Shown: positions 9,317 to 18,659 of the stretch, piece after piece
How the letters are laid out: the number at the start of each line of letters is the position of its first letter
Numbering within the stretch: the stretch's first letter is position 1
Assembly (NCBI GenBank): GCA_964515375.1
Contig: CAZERF010000002.1
Coordinates: forward strand, 93,164-157,163
From: an uncultured Candidatus Saccharibacteria bacterium
Lineage (GTDB): Bacteria; Patescibacteriota; Minisyncoccia; Phycocordibacterales; UBA6899
Length of the DNA stretch: 64,000 bases
Direction: 5' to 3'
Made by a program: the position numbers and the translations under genes
The notes under the pieces: model-generated
The model's database searches: none
Told to the model about the DNA's origin: nothing
The model's input: only the letters and a program-made list of their open reading frames with translations

Positions 9317-10159
9317 ATGCCCCCAAAATACCCTTCTCCTCGTCGCACGCTTCTTATTAGGATCATCGCTTTCGCGGGTTTTGTTTGGATCATCTTTTCT
9401 TTGTTGCGTGCGGAGGGTATTCTTCCTCCTTCCGACGGAGGGGTGGTCGCGTGTCCTGCGGATGTGATGATCTGCCCTGACGGTTCGGGAGTCGGACGTG
9501 TGGCTCCGTCGTGTGCGTTCGCGCCATGTCCCGCGGGAAGCAATGCGATCACTCCATTCAAAAACCCGCTCATTGCGAACGCGATCGAGCAATATCTCCT
9601 CACGCAAATTCGTTTCAGTTGGGAGACGCGTCCTGATAGTTATCGACAATGTGCCGTTTTCCCGCTTGATCATACTGAAGCACTGTTCCCGATCTCGGTC
9701 TGGGTGGTGTGCGGCGAATATGTGTTCGAGGGAGACACTGCACGTATGGTATCCGGCTCTTCCGGTCCGGCACTTGTCGCGTATCCGAACGAGCTTTCCT
9801 TTTATGACCCCGCGCGTTTTACTCACGAAGCCCCGCGAGACGGAGCATTCTACGACGAGGATATTGCGCGTATCTTTTCTCCTGTGGCACAAGAGGGAAT
9901 CGTGACGCTTGACCGCGCGTCCGTCACCGCGACGGCAGGGCTACGAGCGGAAGAAGCGTTCCGTGCGTGGAATGCGGTCGTTGTTGCGATCAAAAATTGC
10001 GAGGTTGAATCTGTGATGCAAGCGCATAGCAGGGAAGTGTCGGCGAGGCTCAAGGACGGGAGCACTCTTCGTGCGATCGAGCCTCGTATTGACGACATCA
10101 TAGACGTTGCGGATGTTGCTTCCGCTTCGTGCGGAAAGATCAGAATGGCGACGGAGTGA
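9317..10159 (+). CDS. Hypothetical membrane-anchored Cys-rich extracytoplasmic protein
   Basis: 280-aa ORF with N-terminal TM helix (IIAFAGFVWIIFSLL) followed by multiple Cys residues. Confidence 0.5.
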   Translation: MPPKYPSPRRTLLIRIIAFAGFVWIIFSLLRAEGILPPSDGGVVACPADVMICPDGSGVGRVAPSCAFAPCPAGSNAITPFKNPLIANAIEQYLLTQIRFSWETRPDSYRQCAVFPLDHTEALFPISVWVVCGEYVFEGDTARMVSGSSGPALVAYPNELSFYDPARFTHEAPRDGAFYDEDIARIFSPVAQEGIVTLDRASVTATAGLRAEEAFRAWNAVVVAIKNCEVESVMQAHSREVSARLKDGSTLRAIEPRIDDIIDVADVASASCGKIRMATE

Positions 10160-10264
10160 TCATCCTGAGTCTCGTTGCGCTTTTGTTCGCTTCGTGATAG
10201 TAGAACAGTACGTCATTTCTGACGGATTGTTCATTTTTGTTACAAAAAAGTAAGGAGAGATCAC

Positions 10265-10543
10265 ATGTGCGCTCCCGAATCCTATGTCAACGAACATCGT
10301 CCTTCGATCGAAGAAGCATTGGCGCTTGAAGGGAAGGAGACTGTTGCCGCCGCGATGCGCTCGCTCGAAGAGAAGGGGTACTTCACCCCGAAGCCTCGTC
10401 CGTGGTGTCTTGGGTTCTGTGAATGCGGTCGCGGTCATCGCTCCTACGCGATTCTCGATCACTTCGGCGATCTGGTCATGGAGGCCCCCGACAAGGCGAC
10501 CGCCGAACTCATCATCGCTGCGGTCAACGCGTACGCAGCGTAG
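10265..10543 (+). CDS. Hypothetical small protein
   Basis: 92-aa ORF with a good RBS (aaggagagatcacATG). A terminator follows at 10567-10592. Confidence 0.55.
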   Translation: MCAPESYVNEHRPSIEEALALEGKETVAAAMRSLEEKGYFTPKPRPWCLGFCECGRGHRSYAILDHFGDLVMEAPDKATAELIIAAVNAYAA

Positions 10544-10606
10544 CCACTCCTTCCTATTTCCCATCACCCGCCGCCACGGCGGGTTTTCTTTTCCTTCCCC
10601 ATCGTC

Positions 10607-11254
10607 ATGCTACAATACTCCCACATGGAACTGATCGACTTCATTATTCACATCGACGTGTATCTCGAGCGCATTGTCGCGTTCGCGGGGATGTGGACCT
10701 ATGTCGTTCTCTTTGCGATCATCTTTGTTGAGACGGGACTCGTGGTGATGCCGTTTTTGCCCGGGGACTCGCTCCTCTTTGCGGTCGGTGCGCTTGCGGG
10801 TAGTGGGTTCTTGGATGTGTGGATCGCGTATGTGACGATGCTTGCGGCGGCGATCTTGGGCGACACGGTCAATTATTCCATCGGACGCTTTGCTGGAATG
10901 AAACTTTTTGCGCGCTCCGACTCCCGTGTGTTCAATCGTACACACCTTGCCAAGACGGAAGCCTTTTACGCAAAGTACGGTGGCAAGACGATCATCATTG
11001 CACGCTTTGTGCCGATCGTGCGCACGTTCGCACCTTTTGTTGCAGGAATGGCCCACATGCGCTATTCGACCTTCATTCTTTTTAATATTACCGGGGCTTT
11101 TCTCTGGGTTACATCGTTGCTCTTCGCGGGATATTTCTTCGGTGGGCTCCCGTTTGTGCAGGAGAATTTTGAATATGTGGTCTTTGGGATCATTGGCGTC
11201 TCGGTCCTCCCGATGGTGTTCGAGTATGTGAAACATAAGCGCGCGCAACGATGA
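10607..11254 (+). CDS. DedA family membrane protein
   Basis: VETGLVVMPFLPGDSLLFAVGALAG...IIARFVPIVRTFAPFVAGM is the DedA/TVP38 signature. An alternative start is the ATG at 10625. Confidence 0.85.
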   Translation: MLQYSHMELIDFIIHIDVYLERIVAFAGMWTYVVLFAIIFVETGLVVMPFLPGDSLLFAVGALAGSGFLDVWIAYVTMLAAAILGDTVNYSIGRFAGMKLFARSDSRVFNRTHLAKTEAFYAKYGGKTIIIARFVPIVRTFAPFVAGMAHMRYSTFILFNITGAFLWVTSLLFAGYFFGGLPFVQENFEYVVFGIIGVSVLPMVFEYVKHKRAQR

Positions 11255-11679
11255 CAATTATTGAAGAAGTACGCACCCTCAATATTCCTCAGGGCCAGTA
11301 CTGCGTGATTGGAAGTGGTGTCATGTCGGCACATGGAATACGTGAACATCGTGATATTGATCTTCTTGTGACACGCAACCTCTTTGATGATCTCGTTGAA
11401 CGCGGGTGGAAGATTCGTCGTGTCAATTTGGCACTTGTGGTTGCTGAATGGGGGAGTGTTGAGGCAAGTCCGGACATGGTGACATTGCCGAATTATCAGC
11501 CCGACACTACCGCGATTATTGCTCGATCGAATATTTGTGACGGTATTGCATTTATGACTCTTTCCGACCTTATCGCATTTAAAACCGCATTGGGTCGCGC
11601 GAAGGACGTTAGCGACCTCGCGCTCATTGCCTCGCATCAGTTGTCTCCCTGCTCCATGTGCGGTAGTGTGAAGCAATGA
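11251..11679 (+). CDS. Putative minimal nucleotidyltransferase-fold protein
   Basis: GSGVMSAHGIREHRDIDLLV resembles the G[SG]...DxD NTase motif. Overlaps the dedA stop and the ruvX start by ATGA. Confidence 0.45.
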   Translation: MTIIEEVRTLNIPQGQYCVIGSGVMSAHGIREHRDIDLLVTRNLFDDLVERGWKIRRVNLALVVAEWGSVEASPDMVTLPNYQPDTTAIIARSNICDGIAFMTLSDLIAFKTALGRAKDVSDLALIASHQLSPCSMCGSVKQ

Positions 11680-12092
11680 AATATCTCGGTATTGATTATG
11701 GAACGAAGCGCGTGGGTATCGCCACCTCCGACGATAGTGGGCGGATGGCCTTTCCTTGCTGCGTCCTTCCAAACACAAAAACGCTCGTCGAAGATATTGC
11801 GGCACTTTGCGCGAAGGAGCGCATTCAGGCGATCGTGGTCGGGGATTCGCGTGATAATCGCAATCAGGCCAATCCGATCATGTCCGTTGTGATCCCTTTT
11901 TCCGAAGAGTTGAAGCGCGTGACCGGGCTCCCGCTTTCCTTCATGAACGAAGCATTCTCCTCGCGCGAAGCAATGCATGTGCAGGGCGACAACGCGCACA
12001 ACGATGCCTCCGCCGCCGCGATCGTCCTCCAAAGCTTTCTCGATCGCGTCAATCCGTCGACCTTCATCGACAACGATGACGAGACGCTCTGA
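11676..12092 (+). CDS. ruvX: Holliday junction resolvase-like RuvX/YqgF
   Basis: MKYLGIDYGTKRVGIATSD... is the YqgF RNase H-like N-terminal motif. Confidence 0.8.
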   Translation: MKYLGIDYGTKRVGIATSDDSGRMAFPCCVLPNTKTLVEDIAALCAKERIQAIVVGDSRDNRNQANPIMSVVIPFSEELKRVTGLPLSFMNEAFSSREAMHVQGDNAHNDASAAAIVLQSFLDRVNPSTFIDNDDETL

Positions 12093-12142
12093 TGTGCTAG
12101 AATGGTGGTGTTTCTTTACTCAAATTCCATTACATTACGCTT

Positions 12143-12556
12143 ATGATCACTGTTGATGAATTCCATGCTGTTGAAATGAAGGTCGGGACGATCCTTGTCG
12201 CCGAATATATCGAAGGTGCGGACAAGCTCCTTCGTCTTGAGGTGGACTTTGGTCCGAAGCCGCGTGCGGTCGACGTTGCTCAAGAACGTGTTGATCCCAC
12301 CGAAGAGACCACCCCTTCTGCTCAAGCGGACAATATTTCCGAAGAGCGTGATATTCGCCAGATCCTCTCGGGGATCCGCGCGTACTACGAACCCGTGGAC
12401 CTGATCGGCAAGCAATGCCCCTTTGTGGTGAACCTCGCTCCGCGAACGATGCGCGGACTCGAGAGTCACGGTATGATTCTTGCGGTTGGTGTCGGCCCCG
12501 AAGCAGTCCTCCTCCACCCCGACAAACCTGTCCCCCCGGGAAGCGCGTTGCGCTGA
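12143..12556 (+). CDS. tRNA-binding domain protein (CsaA/Trbp111/EMAP-like OB fold)
   Basis: VGTILVAEYIEGADKLLRLEVDFG...QILSGIRAYYEPVDLIGKQCPFVVNLAPRTMRGLESHGMIL. Carries a ~25-aa acidic insertion. Confidence 0.7.
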   Translation: MITVDEFHAVEMKVGTILVAEYIEGADKLLRLEVDFGPKPRAVDVAQERVDPTEETTPSAQADNISEERDIRQILSGIRAYYEPVDLIGKQCPFVVNLAPRTMRGLESHGMILAVGVGPEAVLLHPDKPVPPGSALR

Positions 12557-12632
12557 CTCTTTTTGTGATAGGTCTCGTGTTCTGTGCAGAACAGAGGTGC
12601 GCGTTCGGTGTTTTTTGCGTATACTAGAGGTG

Positions 12633-13700
12633 ATGTCCTTGTTTTCCGCACCGAAATTCCTTGCGATGCCCGCAATCGGGCTTGATATCTCGATGGACGC
12701 GATCCGCTTCATTGAGCTTGCCCACAAGGGTGACAAACTTATCGTCTCACGTTTTGCGGGGCGACAATTCCCCATGGGGACAGTCGCGGAAGGACGCTCG
12801 AGCGACAAGAAGAAACTCCAAGACGTGATCGGCTCCTTGGCCCACGAATTCAAACTTGGCTTTGCAAATGTCTCACTTCCTGAAGAGCAGGCTTATCTTG
12901 CGAATATGCAGGTCCCTCGTGTGTCCGGAGGAGAGCTTCGTGACGCGATCGAGCTTCACCTTGAGGAATATGTCCCCATCTCCGGACCCGATGCGATATT
13001 TGATTATGTGATCGTTGGAGACGGAGGTCGACGCAAGGATACGATCGATGTGGTCGTGTCGGTGATGCCACGCGCGATCATCGATGAGTATCTCGAGATC
13101 TTTCACGGAACCGGCGTAACCCCCAAGGCGTTCGAACTCGAATCACAAGCGATGGCGCGTTCGATCATTCCGCGTGGAGACAACGGTACGTTCCTTGTGG
13201 TCGATATTGGCAAGATGGTCACGGATATCTTTGTTGCCGCGCACGGGGTGGTGCAATTCTCCGCGTCGCTTGATGTGGGAGGACACAACTTCACTCAAGC
13301 GATCGCCAAAGCACTCGGGGTCACGTATGAAGAAGCAGAAGCACTCAAGGGAAAGCACGGACTGGTCGGGGGAGGGAAGGATGCGGATCTGCGTGCGGTG
13401 CTTGCTCCCGCCGTATCTGATTTTCGCACGCGTATCATGCAACACTATATGTACTGGCAAACACATCACGGCGAGAAGGTCGGAGGCAACATCGAGGCGG
13501 TTTACCTTACGGGTGGTGGCGCAAATCTCAAAGGCATCGCGGAATTCCTCGCGACGGGAGTGGACGTGCAGGTCAAGATCGCGAACCCGTGGGTGAACGT
13601 ATGCTCCTTCGAGGAATACATTCCTCCGCTTCCCATGCGACAGTCGCACGGATTTTCCGCGGCGATCGGACTTGCCTTGCGGGACTCCTTTTCCGCATAA
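12633..13700 (+). CDS. pilM: Type IV pilus assembly protein PilM (actin-like ATPase)
   Basis: MSLFSAP...AIGLDISMDAIRFIEL... Actin-fold ATPase with Gly-rich loops, located immediately upstream of pilN/pilO. The start was moved to the ATG at 12633, which has an agagg RBS. Confidence 0.75.
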   Translation: MSLFSAPKFLAMPAIGLDISMDAIRFIELAHKGDKLIVSRFAGRQFPMGTVAEGRSSDKKKLQDVIGSLAHEFKLGFANVSLPEEQAYLANMQVPRVSGGELRDAIELHLEEYVPISGPDAIFDYVIVGDGGRRKDTIDVVVSVMPRAIIDEYLEIFHGTGVTPKAFELESQAMARSIIPRGDNGTFLVVDIGKMVTDIFVAAHGVVQFSASLDVGGHNFTQAIAKALGVTYEEAEALKGKHGLVGGGKDADLRAVLAPAVSDFRTRIMQHYMYWQTHHGEKVGGNIEAVYLTGGGANLKGIAEFLATGVDVQVKIANPWVNVCSFEEYIPPLPMRQSHGFSAAIGLALRDSFSA

Positions 13701-13712
13701 TCAGAACAGATC

Positions 13713-14255
13713 ATGATCAACCTCCTCTCTCCATCCGAAAAAAAGAAGATCCTTCACGAGTACTATGTGCGTCTCGGCGTGCTTGTCGCGCTCGGCGTGT
13801 TCCTCATTGAGCTCGCTACATTTGCAATGTTGATTCCTTCGTACGCGGCGATCACGACCGAGGTCGACGCGCTTTCGACCGAGCTCAACGAACGCAAGAG
13901 CGCCGTGCTTCCGGGGGACGAAGAGGCGCAGCAAGAATTGAACACGATCAAGGAAAAGGTTGCCCTGCTCAAACCGTCCTCCGCCACCTCGGATCGAACT
14001 CCGTCGTCGGTACTTGCGGAGATGCTTCGCGACAAACCGCGCGGGCTTGATATCTCCTCCTTTACCTACGGTCGCTCCGGCGCCGAGGTGCTTCTTCAGG
14101 TGGGTGGGATCGCGCGCACGCGCGAAGATCTGCTCGCCTTTCAGCGCTCTCTGCTTCGGGAGGACAGCATCTTTACCGACGTGCGCTATTCCGAGAATTT
14201 CTTGACCAAAAAAGAAGACATTAATTTTCAGATCACAATAAAGCTCAAGCCGTAA
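13713..14255 (+). CDS. pilN: Type IV pilus assembly protein PilN
   Basis: N-terminal LLPSEKKK motif, a single TM helix, a coiled-coil and a C-terminal beta domain. Confidence 0.7.
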   Translation: MINLLSPSEKKKILHEYYVRLGVLVALGVFLIELATFAMLIPSYAAITTEVDALSTELNERKSAVLPGDEEAQQELNTIKEKVALLKPSSATSDRTPSSVLAEMLRDKPRGLDISSFTYGRSGAEVLLQVGGIARTREDLLAFQRSLLREDSIFTDVRYSENFLTKKEDINFQITIKLKP

Positions 14256-14265
14256 TCTTTTTATC

Positions 14266-14805
14266 ATGCGCCGCACACTACACATCCTCATACTGCTCGT
14301 TCTGCTCGACCTTCTCGGAGCGGGTGCGTTGTGGTACGGGTATTCCTTCATGCACGACAAGAAGACCGGCGCGGGAGGGCTCACTCAGGAGCTTGTTCTC
14401 GAGAAGCAGCGCGGGGAACGCCTCTCCGCTCTTCGTGGCGCGCTTGAGTCCTCCCGTGAAGACCACCTTGCGATCGAGGAATACTTGTTTGATCCGAGCG
14501 AAGAAAATCAGATCGCGTTCCTTTCGATATTGGAGGGGATGGGCACTCCGACCACCGGAGCGACTATCGCAGTGACCTCTTTCGAATTGACCAAGGATGC
14601 ACCACGCAAGATCCGTGCCGACATGACCGTCACCGGAACATGGGGGCAACAATTTCACGTACTTCGACTGATCGAAAGCCTTCCCACTCGCACGGCGGTC
14701 GAACGTTTTGGTATTCGCCGCGTGCAAACGACACCGAATGCCCCGGATGCGTGGCAGGGTAATATTGCGTTCGAGATATTAAGTATCGCGTCAACTCCCA
14801 ACTGA
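14266..14805 (+). CDS. pilO: Type IV pilus assembly protein PilO-like
   Basis: 179 aa with N-terminal TM helix and coiled-coil. Operon position follows pilN. Confidence 0.6.
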   Translation: MRRTLHILILLVLLDLLGAGALWYGYSFMHDKKTGAGGLTQELVLEKQRGERLSALRGALESSREDHLAIEEYLFDPSEENQIAFLSILEGMGTPTTGATIAVTSFELTKDAPRKIRADMTVTGTWGQQFHVLRLIESLPTRTAVERFGIRRVQTTPNAPDAWQGNIAFEILSIASTPN

Positions 14806-14806
14806 T

Positions 14807-15244
14807 ATGGAAGGCACACGTTTTACATTTTCAAAATTCCGTCTGCATTCCTCGTTCCGACTCTTTGACGGAACGAGTTCCGGTGCTCGTTCAGTGTGGC
14901 ACATGTATCTCATTCTCCTTGTCGCGGGAATGGTCGGGGTCGGCGTCTTTGCCTACCTCACGTACCTCTGGGCGATAACAGATGACTCTTTTGTCCCTCC
15001 CTCGTCTCCCTCTCGTGACACGCAGACTATCGCTGAGTTGCGTTCGGTTGTCGAGCTTTATGAGGATCGTGCACGAGAACATGCGGAGCTTCGCGCAAAG
15101 GCGCCCGCCGCACCACTCTATCTTCAGGGTACTGGTGCTTCTGTTCTCCCTGTTTCGGCGGGAGAGACGGCGCTCCCTGCTGAAGTTCCTCTCGTGGAGA
15201 CCTCAACAACAACAGGAACTACAACTTCTTCCGCTCGGGAATAG
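14807..15244 (+). CDS. Hypothetical membrane protein, possibly a pilus-assembly accessory component
   Basis: Translationally coupled to the pilO-like gene. One TM helix and a Thr-rich tail. A terminator follows. Confidence 0.45.
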   Translation: MEGTRFTFSKFRLHSSFRLFDGTSSGARSVWHMYLILLVAGMVGVGVFAYLTYLWAITDDSFVPPSSPSRDTQTIAELRSVVELYEDRAREHAELRAKAPAAPLYLQGTGASVLPVSAGETALPAEVPLVETSTTTGTTTSSARE

Positions 15245-15275
15245 TGAACTTTTGAACCTTCAATGTTTAACGTCA

Positions 15276-15299
15276 AAACCGCCCCTGGGCGGTTTTTTT
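15276..15299 (+). terminator. Intrinsic terminator after the pil cluster
   Basis: aaaaccgcccctgggcggttttttt. Confidence 0.7.
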
Positions 15300-15303
15300 G
15301 TAG

Positions 15304-15357
15304 TGGGCGATAGAGGACTCGAACCTCTGACCTTCGCAGTGTAAATGCGTTGCTCTA
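15304..15357 (-). repeat. Partial duplicate of tRNA-Val covering tRNA positions ~22-76 (the 3' 54 nt)
   Basis: Exact 54-nt identity with 15489-15542. Lies on the same strand 185 bp away from the complete gene. Confidence 0.8.
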
Positions 15358-15488
15358 TTCGAGATCGGCTTCGGAGTGAAACGAAGAAGGCGAGTGGTGA
15401 CCGGCGTCCGCGGCGGCGGACACCTTGTCGAAAAAGCCGGCCCGGTGCCGAGGCCTTGCGAGGACCGGCTTACCAACTGAGCTTGATG

Positions 15489-15561
15489 TGGGCGATAGAG
15501 GACTCGAACCTCTGACCTTCGCAGTGTAAATGCGTTGCTCTACCAACTGAGCTAATCGCCC
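15489..15561 (-). tRNA. tRNA-Val (anticodon TAC)
   Basis: Reverse complement reads GGGCGATTAGCTCAGTTGGTAGAGCAACGCATTTACACTGCGAAGGTCAGAGGTTCGAGTCCTCTATCGCCCA, a canonical cloverleaf. Confidence 0.9.
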
Positions 15562-15680
15562 TTCTTTTTTATCGCCCGCCAAACAACTCTTGACGCGCAA
15601 TGATCTGCATTCATTGAACCTTTCAAAGGATAGTCTATTTTTTGTGACTCCGCAATCGCGCATCCGGTACTCCAACCCGG

Positions 15681-15752
15681 TGCCCCCGCCAAGAATCGAA
15701 CTTGGATCCGCTGCTTAGAAGGCAGCTGTTCTATCCATTGAACTACGGGGAC
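15681..15752 (-). tRNA. tRNA-Arg (anticodon TCT)
   Basis: Acceptor GTCCCCG/CGGGGGC; D-arm GTTC-AATGGATA-GAAC; anticodon loop CTTCTAA; T-arm with TTCGATTC loop. Confidence 0.8.
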
Positions 15753-16063
15753 GATGACCCTCCGGCGTGCGAGAGACACTGCACAGCTTACCGCACTTTA
15801 TGGCGAAAAAAAAGTATGCTCACCGAGTAATGGTGAGCATGATGTTGGATGCGGCGTGACCCTGCCTTGGGCCCGGTGACGTTTCTGGTGCACCTCCCCT
15901 CCTTTGAAAGGGGGCTAAAAGCTGCTGCTCCGCCGCAATCATCACGCGCATATTCATGTGTGCGACGATCGCGGAAGAGCACTCATGCTTATACTTTTAT
16001 TATACTCCTCTTTTAATTTTTTGTCAATATGTTTCCGCAGTCTCCATCTTATACAATAGTGCA

Positions 16064-16342
16064 ATGAAAAAACGCCTCGAATGCAAGGTTTTTGGGCGGG
16101 TGCAAATGGTGATGTTTCGCGACTTCATTCAACGCAATGCGTCCGCGCTCGGTCTTGTGGGTGAGGTCAAAAATTGCGAGGACGGATCCGTCTCTTTCAT
16201 CGCTGAAGGAGAGGAGGATGCTCTTCGTGAGTTGCTCTCATTTGCGCGGAAAGGGTCACTCCTCTCGCATGTAGAGTCTGTCGAGGAGGTGTGGAGTGAG
16301 CCGTCGGGAGTGTATGAGAAATTCCGCATCGCGTATCGGTGA
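16064..16342 (+). CDS. acyP: Acylphosphatase
   Basis: VFGRVQMVMFRDFIQRNASALGLVGEVKNCEDGSVSFIAEGEE carries the AcyP V-x-G-x-V-Q-G-V-x-F-R and GxVxN motifs. The start was moved to the ATG at 16064. Confidence 0.8.
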   Translation: MKKRLECKVFGRVQMVMFRDFIQRNASALGLVGEVKNCEDGSVSFIAEGEEDALRELLSFARKGSLLSHVESVEEVWSEPSGVYEKFRIAYR

Positions 16343-16373
16343 CCTTTTTCTTTTAACCGCGTTATCAAAGAAC

Positions 16374-17060
16374 ATGACACAACACGAACTTCCTTATTCG
16401 ATCGGGATCATCATGGACGGCAACCGACGTTGGGCAAAAGAGCGCGGACTCCCGACATTCGAGGGTCATCGCAAGGGGTACGACAAATTGACCGAGGTGT
16501 TGGATTGGTGTCGAGAGATGGGGGTCAAAGAGCTCACTGTCTTCGCGTTTTCGACCGAAAATTGGAATCGGACACAAGAGGAGGTGGGCTATCTCATGGA
16601 TCTTTTCCGTACAATGATCGCAACCGTCGAGCGCGACGCGATTGCCAATGACACCCGCCTCATCTTTCTCGGCGAACGCTCGCGCTTTTCTTCCGATATT
16701 CTCACCGCGATCGAGCATGCGGAAGCGGTGACGGCATCGTGCGCGTCCTTTCGTTTTGGCATCGCGCTTTCGTATGGAGGGCGCGCGGAGATCGTGGATG
16801 CGATCCATCGTATTCCGCCCGAGCATCTCCCGGATATTACCGAAGAGGAATTCGCGGCGCTCTTGTGGTCGCATGAGTTGCGCGATCCCGACCTGATCAT
16901 TCGTACGAGCGGCGAGCAGCGTCTCTCCGGATTTCTCACATGGGGAAGTGTCTACAGCGAACTCGCTTTCACTGATACATATTGGCCGGCCTTTACAAAA
17001 GAAGAGTTCACCACCATGCTTGCTGATTATGCGGCGCGGGGGAGGCGCTTTGGAAAATAA
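16374..17060 (+). CDS. uppS: Undecaprenyl-diphosphate synthase (cis-isoprenyl transferase)
   Basis: IGIIMDGNRRWAKERGL...FSTENWNR...IRTSGEQRLSGFLTWG...YSELAFTDTYWPAF are the classic UppS motifs. Confidence 0.9.
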   Translation: MTQHELPYSIGIIMDGNRRWAKERGLPTFEGHRKGYDKLTEVLDWCREMGVKELTVFAFSTENWNRTQEEVGYLMDLFRTMIATVERDAIANDTRLIFLGERSRFSSDILTAIEHAEAVTASCASFRFGIALSYGGRAEIVDAIHRIPPEHLPDITEEEFAALLWSHELRDPDLIIRTSGEQRLSGFLTWGSVYSELAFTDTYWPAFTKEEFTTMLADYAARGRRFGK

Positions 17061-17063
17061 CGC

Positions 17064-17798
17064 TTGACGTGTATTGTAGGGAGAATGGAACCGATCATCC
17101 TCTATGAAGACAACGACATGCTCGTGCTCGACAAGCCGAGCGGTCTTGTGGTGCATTCCGATGGTCGCACTGAAGAACGCACGCTTTCTGAATGGGTCGC
17201 CGCACACTATCCGGTACTTCATGAAGTAGGAGGCCTTCACACACTCGATTCGGGGCGGTATGCGCCGCGTATGGGTATTGTGCATCGTCTCGATCGCGCG
17301 ACCTCCGGAATCGTTCTTGTCGCGAAGCATGACGACGCGTTCTACTTTCTTCAACGTCAATTTCTTGATCGCTCGATCGTGAAATCGTATCGCGCGTTCG
17401 TGCATGGGGTCCCCGAAGCGAAAGAGGGGGTCATTGATCGCGCGATCGGGCGCAGTCGGAGTGATTTTCGCAAATGGGCGACGGAAGAGGACGCGCGCGG
17501 GACACTCCGGCCCGCGATCTCCCACCATGAGACGCTCGAAGACAACGGACACTATGCTTTTCTCGCGCTTTCTCCCAAGACGGGGCGTACCCATCAATTG
17601 CGCGTCCATCTTTCGGCGATCGGGCACCCGATCCTCTGCGATGGGCGGTACGGGGGAGCATGCGGGCTTCGTCTGTCTCGCCTTGCGCTCCATGCGGACG
17701 CGCTGACGGTTCGCCTCCTGAACGGCGAAACACGCACTTTTGCTGCGCCGCTTCCCGAGGAGTTCGTCACGGCGCTTGCCCTTTTGCGTGAGGGGTAG
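17064..17798 (+). CDS. RluA-family pseudouridine synthase
   Basis: [15 protein letters not shown], the catalytic-Asp motif, plus a GRTHQLRVH region. Confidence 0.8.
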   Translation: MTCIVGRMEPIILYEDNDMLVLDKPSGLVVHSDGRTEERTLSEWVAAHYPVLHEVGGLHTLDSGRYAPRMGIVHRLDRATSGIVLVAKHDDAFYFLQRQFLDRSIVKSYRAFVHGVPEAKEGVIDRAIGRSRSDFRKWATEEDARGTLRPAISHHETLEDNGHYAFLALSPKTGRTHQLRVHLSAIGHPILCDGRYGGACGLRLSRLALHADALTVRLLNGETRTFAAPLPEEFVTALALLREG

Positions 17799-17825
17799 TG
17801 TGTTTCCGGAACAAAACCCTTTTTC

Positions 17826-17854
17826 TTGCAAAAAAACGGGGCGTGTGATAGATT
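17826..17854 (+). promoter_or_regulatory. Sigma70-like promoter upstream of rplS
   Basis: TTGCAA, then a 17-nt spacer, then TAGATT. Sits 12 nt upstream of the rplS ATG region. Confidence 0.5.
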
Positions 17855-17865
17855 GCGTGCTACCT

Positions 17866-18315
17866 ATGAACACGCAATTGATCAACAAATTCACGCTTTC
17901 TCCGGTGGACACGGAGGCGCGCAAGAAGCTTGGCGTCAGTACGGGCGATACGGTCCGTGTCTGGGTCAAGGTGCTCGAGGATGCCGAGAAGAAGAAGTTT
18001 CGTCTCCAGGCGTTCGAGGGTCTGGTCCTCGCGCGCAAGCACGGTTCCGAGCCGGGCGCGACCATTACGGTCCGCAAGGTTGCGAGCGGTGTCGGTGTTG
18101 AGCGTATCTTCCCGCTTTACTCGCCTATGATCGACAAGATCGAGATCGTCAAGAACTCGACCGTCCGCCGTGCGAAGCTCTACTACGTTCGCGAGCGTGC
18201 CGTGCGCGATGTGCGCCGCAAGATGAAGCAGACCCGAATGTCCGGTGCTTCGACCAAGGACTTCGAGTCGGCACCTGTCTCCGCCGAGGCGACTCCCGAG
18301 GTTGCGGCAGAATAA
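17866..18315 (+). CDS. rplS: 50S ribosomal protein L19 with a C-terminal extension
   Basis: [10 protein letters not shown]...[15 protein letters not shown]...[29 protein letters not shown]...[12 protein letters not shown]. An intrinsic terminator follows at 18334-18366. Confidence 0.85.
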   Translation: MNTQLINKFTLSPVDTEARKKLGVSTGDTVRVWVKVLEDAEKKKFRLQAFEGLVLARKHGSEPGATITVRKVASGVGVERIFPLYSPMIDKIEIVKNSTVRRAKLYYVRERAVRDVRRKMKQTRMSGASTKDFESAPVSAEATPEVAAE

Positions 18316-18411
18316 TTCTCATGAATGTCCGAAACACCCGTCACCCCGACGGGTGTTTCTTTTTTGGGACTTGATAATTTTTCGTGGATTGACTATAGTA
18401 TGAACACTCAA

Positions 18412-18498
18412 GTCCGGGTGGCGAAATTGGTAGACGCACTACCTTGAGGTGGTAGCGCCCGTTAGGGCATGGAGGTTCAAGTCCTCTCCCGGACACCA
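18412..18498 (+). tRNA. tRNA-Leu (anticodon GAG)
   Basis: Acceptor GTCCGGG/CCCGGAC; anticodon loop TTGAGGT; long variable arm; T-arm GGAGG-TTCAAGT-CCTCT; CCA is encoded. A bidirectional terminator follows. Confidence 0.85.
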
Positions 18499-18640
18499 TA
18501 CAAAAAAAAGCGTCTTTGACGCTTTTTTTTGTATGGTGTCTGGAGCAAGACAACTGCTTGTCTTGCGCGAGAGGACTTGAAGACCCCGCCGTTGTTTCGG
18601 CTTTGCGAAACCGCCGGGGTGTACAGCGTCGGTAAGACGA

Positions 18641-18659
18641 AAGTCCTCTCCCGGACACC
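18641..18659 (+). repeat. 19-nt direct repeat of the tRNA-Leu(GAG) 3' end (att-core-like scar)
   Basis: aagtcctctcccggacacc is identical to 18479-18497. An inverted T-arm fragment cgagaggacttgaa lies at 18568-18581. Confidence 0.7.

Noticed and set aside
10610-11257. 215-aa minus-strand ORF exactly mirroring dedA
   Set aside because: Antisense artefact. The plus-strand product has the unmistakable DedA signature.
12116-12853. 245-aa minus-strand ORF
   Set aside because: Overlaps the tRNA-binding protein gene and the pilM start in antisense, with no motifs.
13701-14384. 227-aa minus-strand ORF across pilN/pilO
   Set aside because: Antisense to the pilus assembly operon.
15780-15960. Candidate small ncRNA (SRP/4.5S-like or 6S) in the 300-nt gap between tRNA-Arg and acyP
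   Set aside because: There are hairpins, e.g. atgctcaccgagtaatggtgagcat. I could not match the SRP domain IV consensus or any other family by eye, so this is left uncalled.
16365-18077. 570-aa minus-strand ORF antisense to uppS, the RluA gene and rplS
   Set aside because: Arg/Pro-rich low-complexity translation typical of the antisense strand of GC-rich genes. The sense-strand genes have clear conserved motifs.
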